DNA of 53,635 nucleotides from a virus (Duplodnaviria; Heunggongvirae; Uroviricota; Caudoviricetes): IMG/VR virus record IMGVR_UViG_2537561603_000004, positions 1 to 53,635 of that record; one strand, 5' to 3'. Shown piece by piece: positions 42,218 to 53,635 of this stretch (position 1 is its first letter; each line of letters starts with the position of its first letter). The notes under the pieces were generated by a model. It saw only the letters and a program-made list of their open reading frames with translations, ran no database searches and was not told where the DNA came from. The position numbers and the translations under genes were made by a program.

Positions 42218-44771
42218 ACCGGTAGGCGATCTGGTCGTTGATTTGAGTCTGGATGCGGCCAGATTTGACGAGCAGATGGCCAGAGTCAGGCGTCATTTTT
42301 CCGGTACGGAAAGTGATGCGAAAAAAACAGCGGCAGTCGTTGAACAGTCGCTGAGCCGACAGGCGCTGGCTGCACAGAAAGCGGGGATTTCCGTCGGGCA
42401 GTATAAAGCCGCCATGCGTATGCTGCCTGCACAGTTCACCGACGTGGCCACGCAGCTTGCAGGCGGGCAAAGTCCGTGGCTGATCCTGCTGCAACAGGGG
42501 GGGCAGGTGAAGGACTCCTTCGGCGGGATGATCCCCATGTTCAGGGGGCTTGCCGGTGCGATCACCCTGCCGATGGTGGGGGCCACCTCGCTGGCGGTGG
42601 CGACCGGTGCGCTGGCGTATGCCTGGTATCAGGGCAACTCAACCCTGTCCGATTTCAACAAAACGCTGGTCCTTTCCGGCAATCAGGCGGGTCTGACGGC
42701 AGATCGTATGCTGGTCCTGTCCAGAGCCGGGCAGGCGGCAGGGCTGACGTTTAACCAGACCAGCGAGTCACTCAGCGCACTGGTTAAGGCGGGGGTAAGC
42801 GGTGAGGCTCAGATTGCGTCCATCAGCCAGAGTGTGGCGCGTTTCTCCTCTGCATCCGGCGTGGAGGTGGACAAGGTCGCTGAAGCCTTCGGGAAGCTGA
42901 CCACAGACCCGACGTCGGGGCTGACGGCGATGGCACGCCAGTTCCATAACGTGACGGCGGAGCAGATTGCGTATGTTGCTCAGTTGCAGCGTTCCGGCGA
43001 TGAAGCCGGGGCATTGCAGGCGGCGAACGAGGCCGCAACGAAAGGGTTTGATGACCAGACCCGCCGCCTGAAAGAGAACATGGGCACGCTGGAGACCTGG
43101 GCAGACAGGACTGCGCGGGCATTCAAATCCATGTGGGATGCGGTGCTGGATATTGGTCGTCCTGATACCGCGCAGGAGATGCTGATTAAGGCAGAGGCTG
43201 CGTTTAAGAAAGCAGACGACATCTGGAATCTGCGCAAGGATGATTATTTTGTTAACGATGAAGCGCGGGCGCGTTACTGGGATGATCGTGAAAAGGCCCG
43301 TCTTGCGCTTGAAGCCGCCCGAAAGAAGGCTGAACAGCAGAGTCAACAGGACAAAAATGCGCAGCAGCAGAGCGATACCGAAGCGTCACGGCTGAAATAT
43401 ACCGAAGAGGCGCAGAAGGCTTACGAACGGCTGCAGACGCCGCTGGAGAAATATGCCGCCCGTCAGGAAGAACTGAATAAGGCCCTGAAAGACGGAAAAA
43501 TCCTGCAGGCAGATTACAACACGCTGATGGCGGCAGCGAAAAAGGACTATGAAACGACACTGAAAAAGCCGAAGCAGTCCGGCGTGAAGGTGTCTGCGGG
43601 CGATCGTCAGGAAGACAGTGCTCATGCTGCCCTGCTGACGCTTCAGGCTGAACTCCGGACGCTGGAGAAGCATGCCGGAGCAAATGAGAAAATCAGCCAG
43701 CAGCGCCGGGATTTGTGGAAGGCGGAGAGTCAGTTCGCGGTACTGGAGGAGGCGGCGCAACGTCGCCAGCTGTCTGTACAGGAGAAATCCCTGCTGGCGC
43801 ATAAAGATGAGACGCTGGAGTACAAACGCCAGCTGGCTGCACTTGGCGACAAGGTTACGTATCAGGAGCGCCTGAACGCGCTGGCGCAGCAGGCGGATAA
43901 ATTCGCACAGCAGCAACGGGCAAAACGGGCCGCCATTGATGCGAAAAGCCGGGGGCTGACTGACCGGCAGGCAGAACGGGAAGCCACGGAACAGCGCCTG
44001 AAGGAACAGTATGGCGATAATCCGCTGGCGCTGAATAACGTCATGTCAGAGCAGAAAAAGACCTGGGCGGCTGAAGACCAGCTTCGCGGGAACTGGATGG
44101 CAGGCCTGAAGTCCGGCTGGAGTGAGTGGGAAGAGAGCGCCACGGACAGTATGTCGCAGGTAAAAAGTGCAGCCACGCAGACCTTTGATGGTATTGCACA
44201 GAATATGGCGGCGATGCTGACCGGCAGTGAGCAGAACTGGCGCAGCTTCACCCGTTCCGTGCTGTCCATGATGACAGAAATTCTGCTTAAGCAGGCAATG
44301 GTGGGGATTGTCGGGAGTATCGGCAGCGCCATTGGCGGGGCTGTTGGTGGCGGCGCATCCGCGTCAGGCGGTACAGCCATTCAGGCCGCTGCGGCGAAAT
44401 TCCATTTTGCAACCGGAGGATTTACGGGAACCGGCGGCAAATATGAGCCAGCGGGGATTGTTCACCGTGGTGAGTTTGTCTTCACGAAGGAGGCAACCAG
44501 CCGGATTGGCGTGGGGAATCTTTACCGGCTGATGCGCGGCTATGCCACCGGCGGTTATGTCGGTACACCGGGCAGCATGGCAGACAGCCGGTCGCAGGCG
44601 TCCGGGACGTTTGAGCAGAATAACCATGTGGTGATTAACAACGACGGCACGAACGGGCAGATAGGTCCGGCTGCTCTGAAGGCGGTGTATGACATGGCCC
44701 GCAAGGGTGCCCGTGATGAAATTCAGACACAGATGCGTGATGGTGGCCTGTTCTCCGGAGGTGGACGATGA
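42210..44771 (+). CDS. H: Tail tape-measure protein H
   Basis: 853-aa translation near-identical to lambda gpH. Confidence 0.95.
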   Translation: MAEPVGDLVVDLSLDAARFDEQMARVRRHFSGTESDAKKTAAVVEQSLSRQALAAQKAGISVGQYKAAMRMLPAQFTDVATQLAGGQSPWLILLQQGGQVKDSFGGMIPMFRGLAGAITLPMVGATSLAVATGALAYAWYQGNSTLSDFNKTLVLSGNQAGLTADRMLVLSRAGQAAGLTFNQTSESLSALVKAGVSGEAQIASISQSVARFSSASGVEVDKVAEAFGKLTTDPTSGLTAMARQFHNVTAEQIAYVAQLQRSGDEAGALQAANEAATKGFDDQTRRLKENMGTLETWADRTARAFKSMWDAVLDIGRPDTAQEMLIKAEAAFKKADDIWNLRKDDYFVNDEARARYWDDREKARLALEAARKKAEQQSQQDKNAQQQSDTEASRLKYTEEAQKAYERLQTPLEKYAARQEELNKALKDGKILQADYNTLMAAAKKDYETTLKKPKQSGVKVSAGDRQEDSAHAALLTLQAELRTLEKHAGANEKISQQRRDLWKAESQFAVLEEAAQRRQLSVQEKSLLAHKDETLEYKRQLAALGDKVTYQERLNALAQQADKFAQQQRAKRAAIDAKSRGLTDRQAEREATEQRLKEQYGDNPLALNNVMSEQKKTWAAEDQLRGNWMAGLKSGWSEWEESATDSMSQVKSAATQTFDGIAQNMAAMLTGSEQNWRSFTRSVLSMMTEILLKQAMVGIVGSIGSAIGGAVGGGASASGGTAIQAAAAKFHFATGGFTGTGGKYEPAGIVHRGEFVFTKEATSRIGVGNLYRLMRGYATGGYVGTPGSMADSRSQASGTFEQNNHVVINNDGTNGQIGPAALKAVYDMARKGARDEIQTQMRDGGLFSGGGR

Positions 44772-45097
44772 AGACCTTCCGCTGGAAAGTGAAACCCGGT
44801 ATGGATGTGGCTTCGGTCCCTTCTGTAAGAAAGGTGCGCTTTGGTGATGGCTATTCTCAGCGAGCGCCTGCCGGGCTGAATGCCAACCTGAAAACGTACA
44901 GCGTGACGCTTTCTGTCCCCCGTGAGGAGGCCACGGTACTGGAGTCGTTTCTGGAAGAGCACGGGGGCTGGAAATCCTTTCTGTGGACGCCGCCTTATGA
45001 GTGGCGGCAGATAAAGGTGACCTGCGCAAAATGGTCGTCGCGGGTCAGTATGCTGCGTGTTGAGTTCAGCGCAGAGTTTGAACAGGTGGTGAACTGA
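44768..45097 (+). CDS. M: Minor tail protein M
   Basis: 109-aa translation matches lambda M. Confidence 0.9.
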   Translation: MKTFRWKVKPGMDVASVPSVRKVRFGDGYSQRAPAGLNANLKTYSVTLSVPREEATVLESFLEEHGGWKSFLWTPPYEWRQIKVTCAKWSSRVSMLRVEFSAEFEQVVN

Positions 45098-45795
45098 TGC
45101 AGGATATCCGGCAGGAAACACTGAATGAATGCACCCGTGCGGAGCAGTCGGCCAGCGTGGTGCTCTGGGAAATCGACCTGACAGAGGTCGGTGGAGAACG
45201 TTATTTTTTCTGTAATGAGCAGAACGAAAAAGGTGAGCCGGTCACCTGGCAGGGGCGACAGTATCAGCCGTATCCCATTCAGGGGAGCGGTTTTGAACTG
45301 AATGGCAAAGGCACCAGTACGCGCCCCACGCTGACGGTTTCTAACCTGTACGGTATGGTCACCGGGATGGCGGAAGATCTGCAGAGTCTGGTCGGCGGAA
45401 CGGTGGTCCGGCGTAAGGTTTACGCCCGTTTTCTGGATGCGGTGAACTTCGTCAACGGAAACAGTTATGCCGATCCGGAGCAGGAGGTGATCAGCCGCTG
45501 GCGCATTGAGCAGTGCAGCGAACTGAGCGCGGTGAGTGCCTCCTTTGTACTGTCCACGCCGACGGAAACGGATGGCGCTGTTTTTCCGGGAGGTATCATG
45601 CTGGCCAACACCTGCACCTGGACCTATCGCGGTGACGAGTGCGGTTATAGCGGTCCGGCTGTCGCGGATGAATATGACCAGCCAACGTCCGATATCACGA
45701 AGGATAAATGCAGCAAATGCCTGAGCGGTTGTAAGTTCCGCAATAACGTCGGCAACTTTGGCGGCTTCCTTTCCATTAACAAACTTTCGCAGTAA
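45097..45795 (+). CDS. L: Minor tail protein L
   Basis: 232-aa translation matches lambda L. Confidence 0.9.
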   Translation: MQDIRQETLNECTRAEQSASVVLWEIDLTEVGGERYFFCNEQNEKGEPVTWQGRQYQPYPIQGSGFELNGKGTSTRPTLTVSNLYGMVTGMAEDLQSLVGGTVVRRKVYARFLDAVNFVNGNSYADPEQEVISRWRIEQCSELSAVSASFVLSTPTETDGAVFPGGIMLANTCTWTYRGDECGYSGPAVADEYDQPTSDITKDKCSKCLSGCKFRNNVGNFGGFLSINKLSQ

Positions 45796-45799
45796 TCCC

Positions 45800-46543
45800 A
45801 TGACACAGACAGAATCAGCGATTCTGGCGCACGCCCGGCGATGTGCGCCAGCGGAGTCGTGTGGCTTCGTGGTGAGAACGCCGAAGGGGGAAAGATATTT
45901 TCCCTGCGTGAATATCTCCGGTGAGCCGGAGGCGTATTTCCGGATGTCGCCGGAGGACTGGCTGCGGGCAGAGATGTAGGGTGAGATTGTGGCGCTGGTC
46001 CACAGCCACCCCGGTGGTCTGCCCTGGCTGAGTGAGGCTGACAGGCGGCTGCAGGTGCAGAGCGATTTGCCGTGGTGGCTGGTCTGCCGGGGTGAGATTC
46101 ATAAATTCCGCTGTGTGCCGCATCTTACCGGGCGGCGCTTTGAGCACGGGGTGACGGACTGTTACACGCTGTTCCGGGATGCTTATCATCTGGCGGGGAT
46201 TGAGATGCCGGATTTTCATCGCGGGGATGACTGGTGGCGTCACGGTCAGAATCTCTATCTGGATAATCTGGAGGCCACAGGGCTGTATCAGGTGCCGTTG
46301 TCATCAGCACAACCGGGCGATGTGCTGCTGTGCTGTTTTGGTTCATCGGTGCCGAATCATGCCGCCATTTACTGTGGTGATGGCGAGCTGCTGCACCATA
46401 TTCCTGAACAACTGAGCAAACGAGAGAGGTATACCGACAAATGGCAGCGACGCACACACTCCCTCTGGCGTCACCGGGCATGGCACGCATCTGCCTTTAC
46501 GGGGATTTGCAACGATTTGGCCGCCGCATCGATCTTCGTGTGA
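45800..46543 (+). pseudogene. K: Tail assembly protein K interrupted by an in-frame amber codon (TAG at 45977-45979)
   Basis: Translation matches lambda K on both sides of the stop (…MSPEDWL.AEM * GEIVALVHSHPGG…); the position is Gln (CAG) in my recollection of lambda K. Confidence 0.8.
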
Positions 46544-47112
46544 AAACGGGGGCTGAAGCTATCCGGGCGCTGGCCACACAGCTCCCGGCGTTTCGTCAGA
46601 AACTGAGCGACGGCTGGTATCAGGTACGGATTGCCGGGCGGGATGTCAGCACGTCCGGATTAACGGCGCAGTTACATGAGACTCTGCCTGATGGCGCTGT
46701 GATTCATATTGTTCCCAGAGTCGCCGGGGCCAAGTCAGGTGGTGTATTCCAGATTGTCCTGGGAGCTGCCGCCATTGCCGGATCATTCTTTACTGCCGGA
46801 GCCACCCTTGCAGCATGGGGGGCAGCCATTGGGGCCGGTGGTATGACCGGCATCCTGTTTTCTCTCGGTGCCAGTATGGTGCTCGGTGGTGTGGCGCAGA
46901 TGCTGGCACCGAAAGCCAGAACTCCCCGCACACAGACAACGGATAACGGCAAACAGAACACCTATTTTTCCTCACTGGATAACATGGTTGCTCAGGGCAA
47001 TGTTTTGCCTGTTCTGTACGGTGAAATGCGTGTGGGGTCGCGGGTGGTTTCTCAGGAGATCAGCACGGCAGACGAAGGGGACGGTGGTCAGGTTGTGGTG
47101 ATTGGTCGCTGA
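46441..47112 (+). CDS. I: Tail assembly protein I
   Basis: 223-aa translation matches lambda I. Confidence 0.9.
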   Translation: MAATHTLPLASPGMARICLYGDLQRFGRRIDLRVKTGAEAIRALATQLPAFRQKLSDGWYQVRIAGRDVSTSGLTAQLHETLPDGAVIHIVPRVAGAKSGGVFQIVLGAAAIAGSFFTAGATLAAWGAAIGAGGMTGILFSLGASMVLGGVAQMLAPKARTPRTQTTDNGKQNTYFSSLDNMVAQGNVLPVLYGEMRVGSRVVSQEISTADEGDGGQVVVIGR

Positions 47113-47169
47113 TGCAAAATGTTTTATGTGAAACCGCCTCCGGGCGGTTTTATCGTTTATGGAGCATGA

Positions 47170-50571
<3,402 letters not shown>

Positions 50572-50590
50572 ATTTTATAACCCAGATACG

Positions 50591-50614
50591 GGCGCCAGAA
50601 ATGGCGCCTTTTTT
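50591..50614 (+). terminator. Rho-independent terminator after J
   Basis: ggcgcc-agaaat-ggcgcc followed by ttttttatt. Confidence 0.7.
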
Positions 50615-50638
50615 ATTGCAGAAAAGCGAGAGGTAATT

Positions 50639-51238
50639 ATGCGTAAATTATGTGCTGTTATTCTGTCCGCAGTAGTCTTGCTGGTTGCCGCTGGTACGCC
50701 AGCGAGCGCAGCAGAGCATCAGTCCACACTAAGCGCCGGGTATCTTCAGACCCATACTGATATGCCAGGCAGTGATGACCTGAAGGGCATTAACGTGAAA
50801 TACCGTTATGAATTTACGGACACGCTGGGGCTGGTGACGTCATTCAGTTATGCCAATGCCAAAGATGAGCAAAAAACGCATTACAGCGATACCCGCTGGC
50901 ATGAAGATTCCGTGCGTAACCGCTGGTTCAGCATGATGGCGGGGCCATCTGTACGCGTGAATGAATGGTTCAGTGCTTATGCGATGGCGGGTATGGCTTA
51001 CAGCCGTGTGTCGACCTTCTCCGGGGATTATCTCCGCGTAACTGACAACAAGGGGAAAACGCACGATGTGCTGACCGGAAGTGATGACGGTCGCCACAGC
51101 AACACGTCTCTGGCGTGGGGGGCTGGCGTGCAGTTTAACCCGACCGAATCCGTGGCCATTGACCTTGCTTATGAAGGTTCCGGCAGTGGTGACTGGCGCA
51201 CTGACGGTTTCATCGTGGGTGTCGGTTATAAATTCTGA
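50639..51238 (+). CDS. lom: Outer membrane protein Lom
   Basis: 199-aa translation matches lambda Lom (signal peptide, beta-barrel, terminal YKF). Confidence 0.9.
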   Translation: MRKLCAVILSAVVLLVAAGTPASAAEHQSTLSAGYLQTHTDMPGSDDLKGINVKYRYEFTDTLGLVTSFSYANAKDEQKTHYSDTRWHEDSVRNRWFSMMAGPSVRVNEWFSAYAMAGMAYSRVSTFSGDYLRVTDNKGKTHDVLTGSDDGRHSNTSLAWGAGVQFNPTESVAIDLAYEGSGSGDWRTDGFIVGVGYKF

Positions 51239-51265
51239 TTAGCCAGGTAACACAGTGTTATGACA

Positions 51266-51292
51266 GCCCGCCGGTTCAGGCGGGCTTTTTTG
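51266..51292 (+). terminator. Rho-independent terminator after lom
   Basis: agcccgcc-ggttca-ggcgggct followed by tttttt. Confidence 0.7.
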
Positions 51293-51302
51293 TGGAGTGG
51301 AT

Positions 51303-53054
51303 ATGGTAGCAGTAAAAATCTCAGGTGTGCTGAAAGATGGTGCGGGAAAACCAATACAGAACTGCACTATTCAACTGAAGGCAAAGCGTAACAGCACCAC
51401 GGTACTGGTGAACACGGTGGCATCTGAAAATCCTGATGAAGCCGGGCGTTACAGTATGGATGTTGAGTATGGCCAGTACAGCGTCACCCTGCTGGTTGAA
51501 GGTTTTCCGCCTTCACATGCCGGGACCATTACCGTCTATGAAGGTTCCAGACCAGGTACGCTGAATGATTTTCTCGGTGCCATGACGGAAGATGATGTCA
51601 TGCCGGAGGCATTGCGTCGTTTTGAGGAAATGGTGGAAGAAGCGGCACGCAACGCCGAAGCCGCCTCTCAGAGCGCAGCGGCGGCAAAGAAATCCGAAAC
51701 TGCATCGGCAGCAAGCCAGACAGCAGCTAAAGCAAGTGAAGACGCAGCCAGAGAGTATGCAAGTCAGGCAGCAGAGCCGTATAAATATGTCTTACAGCCA
51801 CTGCCTGATGTGTGGATACCGTTTAACGATTCACTGGATATGATTACGGGTTTTTCGCCATCTTATAAAAAGATAGTTATTGGTGACGATGAAATAACAA
51901 TGCCAGGCGACAAGATTGTTAAGTTTAAACGTGCTTCAACAGCAACGTATATTAATAAGTCCGGCCAACTCAAGCTTGCTGAAGTTGACGAACCGCGATT
52001 TGAGCGCGATGGCTTATTGATTGAAGGACAGAGGACAAATTATCTGAGGAACTCAAATAAACCAGACTCATGGACTGTTCATTCCGCACTGAATAAAACA
52101 TTTGGCACTGATAAACAGGGGTTCAATTATGCCACGGTGACACCCACGGAAAGTATAGTGGGAACAACAGGTGGCTATACTGTGCATGGTGTGGTTGCAG
52201 CAGACAGATTCCCGCTGGCAAGTGGTGAATGTTTCACTTTTTCGTGCCGGGTTAAAGGCGCTAAAGCACGATGCAGGTTAAGAGTTTCAGTTATTATTGG
52301 TGGAACAGATACCTTCTCTGCTGACTCTTATCTTGATCTGGATACCCGGATCGCAACAGTAAGCGGTAATACATCCCTTATAACAGCCAAAGCTGAACAA
52401 CAGGGCGAGTGGACCTACTATGAGGCCACTTATACAGCTAATACGGACATTGATACCGTTAACTGTGCTTTTTATATGACAAATAAAATAAGTAATGAGA
52501 CATTCTATGATGACTCAACATTAACCATGACGACGCCGCAAATTGAACTGGGCAATACGGCATCGTCATTTATTGTAACTACAATGCCAACAACACGCGC
52601 AAGTGATGTAGTTACTATCCCATCGCAGAATAACCTGTCAACACGGCCTTTTACGGTATTGTGCGAAGTAAGCAGGAACTGGAGTACACCGCCCAATGTT
52701 GCGCCAAGGATATTTGATGTTGGAGGGCACAGTATTGATGATAATTATTTATCGCTGGGGTTTGTTGCAACAGGAAAGATAAGCGCCAACGTAGGAATGG
52801 TTCAGCCACAAATTGCCTCAGATGGAGAAAGGTTCATTGTGGGTGTGAGAGCTAAATCTGATTTATCAGTAAATGCAATATGCAATGGTAATTATACAAC
52901 AAACCTTAATGGTAAAATATTTGGAGTTACAGCAACATCGTACCGGTTTGGTGGGCAGACCGCAGCAGGAACGCGTCATTTGTTTGGACACATCAGAAAT
53001 TTCAGAGTCTGGTTTAAAGAATTAAATGACAGGCAAATCAAGGAGGCAGTATGA
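51303..53054 (+). CDS. stf: Side tail fibre protein (Stf-like) with divergent C-terminal domain
   Basis: N-terminal ~110 aa match lambda Stf (MAVKISGVLKDG.GKP.QNCTIQLKA.RNSTTV...); the rest is unrelated to lambda Stf. Confidence 0.75.
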   Translation: MVAVKISGVLKDGAGKPIQNCTIQLKAKRNSTTVLVNTVASENPDEAGRYSMDVEYGQYSVTLLVEGFPPSHAGTITVYEGSRPGTLNDFLGAMTEDDVMPEALRRFEEMVEEAARNAEAASQSAAAAKKSETASAASQTAAKASEDAAREYASQAAEPYKYVLQPLPDVWIPFNDSLDMITGFSPSYKKIVIGDDEITMPGDKIVKFKRASTATYINKSGQLKLAEVDEPRFERDGLLIEGQRTNYLRNSNKPDSWTVHSALNKTFGTDKQGFNYATVTPTESIVGTTGGYTVHGVVAADRFPLASGECFTFSCRVKGAKARCRLRVSVIIGGTDTFSADSYLDLDTRIATVSGNTSLITAKAEQQGEWTYYEATYTANTDIDTVNCAFYMTNKISNETFYDDSTLTMTTPQIELGNTASSFIVTTMPTTRASDVVTIPSQNNLSTRPFTVLCEVSRNWSTPPNVAPRIFDVGGHSIDDNYLSLGFVATGKISANVGMVQPQIASDGERFIVGVRAKSDLSVNAICNGNYTTNLNGKIFGVTATSYRFGGQTAAGTRHLFGHIRNFRVWFKELNDRQIKEAV

Positions 53055-53329
53055 AAGATTTAACTTTGAAATTTCCTGGTAACAGAGAGTTTAAATCCTT
53101 CCTGTCATCTCTTGACTGGGAGGAGGATGAAGACCTCCAGAATAAACTGTTAGTCGATGAAATTGGTTTCACCTACACAGAAACAGGGGTAACAGAAGAG
53201 GGAGAACCTGTCTGTGTCCGGAATGACGGTTATTTTGTCAACATTCGCATTCTTGATGACTTGTTTGATGTTTCTGTATTCTCTGATTATGTCGTGGAGC
53301 TGGAAACACCGCTTCGGGAATGGAGCTGA
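53051..53329 (+). CDS. Hypothetical acidic protein downstream of stf
   Basis: 92-aa ORF overlapping the stf stop; no recognisable motif. Confidence 0.35.
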   Translation: MKDLTLKFPGNREFKSFLSSLDWEEDEDLQNKLLVDEIGFTYTETGVTEEGEPVCVRNDGYFVNIRILDDLFDVSVFSDYVVELETPLREWS

Positions 53330-53341
53330 AAGGAGGAAATA

Positions 53342-53635
53342 ATGGATATAAGCCCCTTACTTCATGCACTTTGTGCTGTGGCTGCGCAGATACTGGTTGG
53401 TCTTTTTACCGGAAACTGGGCTTACGGAGCGATAGCCGGTTGTACGTTCTTCATTGCGCGTGAACATACCCAGGCAGAATATCGCTGGATTGAAATGTTC
53501 GGGCATGGCAAGCGAATGAATATGCCGTGGTGGGGCGGTTTTGATCCGCGAGCTTGGGATGTGGCAAGCCTGATGGATTTTGCTGTGCCGGTGGTGGCGT
53601 GTCTGCTGGTCTGGCTGTTGGTTAATCGTGGGTGA
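53342..53635 (+). CDS. Hypothetical small membrane protein
   Basis: 97-aa ORF with hydrophobic N- and C-terminal segments; RBS aggagg upstream; stop is the last codon of the window. Confidence 0.4.
   Translation: MDISPLLHALCAVAAQILVGLFTGNWAYGAIAGCTFFIAREHTQAEYRWIEMFGHGKRMNMPWWGGFDPRAWDVASLMDFAVPVVACLLVWLLVNRG

Noticed and set aside
42768-44380. Multiple 140-190-aa minus-strand ORFs inside tape-measure gene H
   Set aside because: Shadow ORFs; the plus-strand frame matches lambda gpH end to end.

Overview
The whole 53.6 kb window lies inside a lambdoid prophage, read here by protein-level recognition from the supplied ORF translations; no database search or computation was run. Left to right: integrase and excisionase, a lambda-type Red recombination module (exo, bet, gam), an immunity region (LexA-like repressor with divergent cro-like gene), lambda-type O and P replication genes with in-gene iterons, an adhesin plus esterase moron, a DLP12-like nin/rusA/Q region, a lambda-type lysis cassette (R, Rz, Rz1) with bor, the cos site, and a lambda-type head and tail module (nu1 through J, lom, a divergent stf). 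The central observation is that the major capsid gene E is split at codon 81 by a ~10.7 kb integrative element (27321..38042) that looks like a phage satellite. The element has its own P4-type integrase, two AlpA-type regulators, an RHH repressor with operator repeats, a primase-helicase with iteron origin, SSB, its own E-like capsid and D-like decoration genes, a second cos-like site with a different cosN, and two AT-rich cargo genes, one a TIR-domain protein. A 5-bp core (AAGCA) is duplicated at both junctions, so precise excision would restore intact E. Other notable points are an in-frame amber stop in tail gene K, a two-gene cassette in the rexAB position, and an intimin/invasin-family adhesin with a 357-bp tandem duplication.
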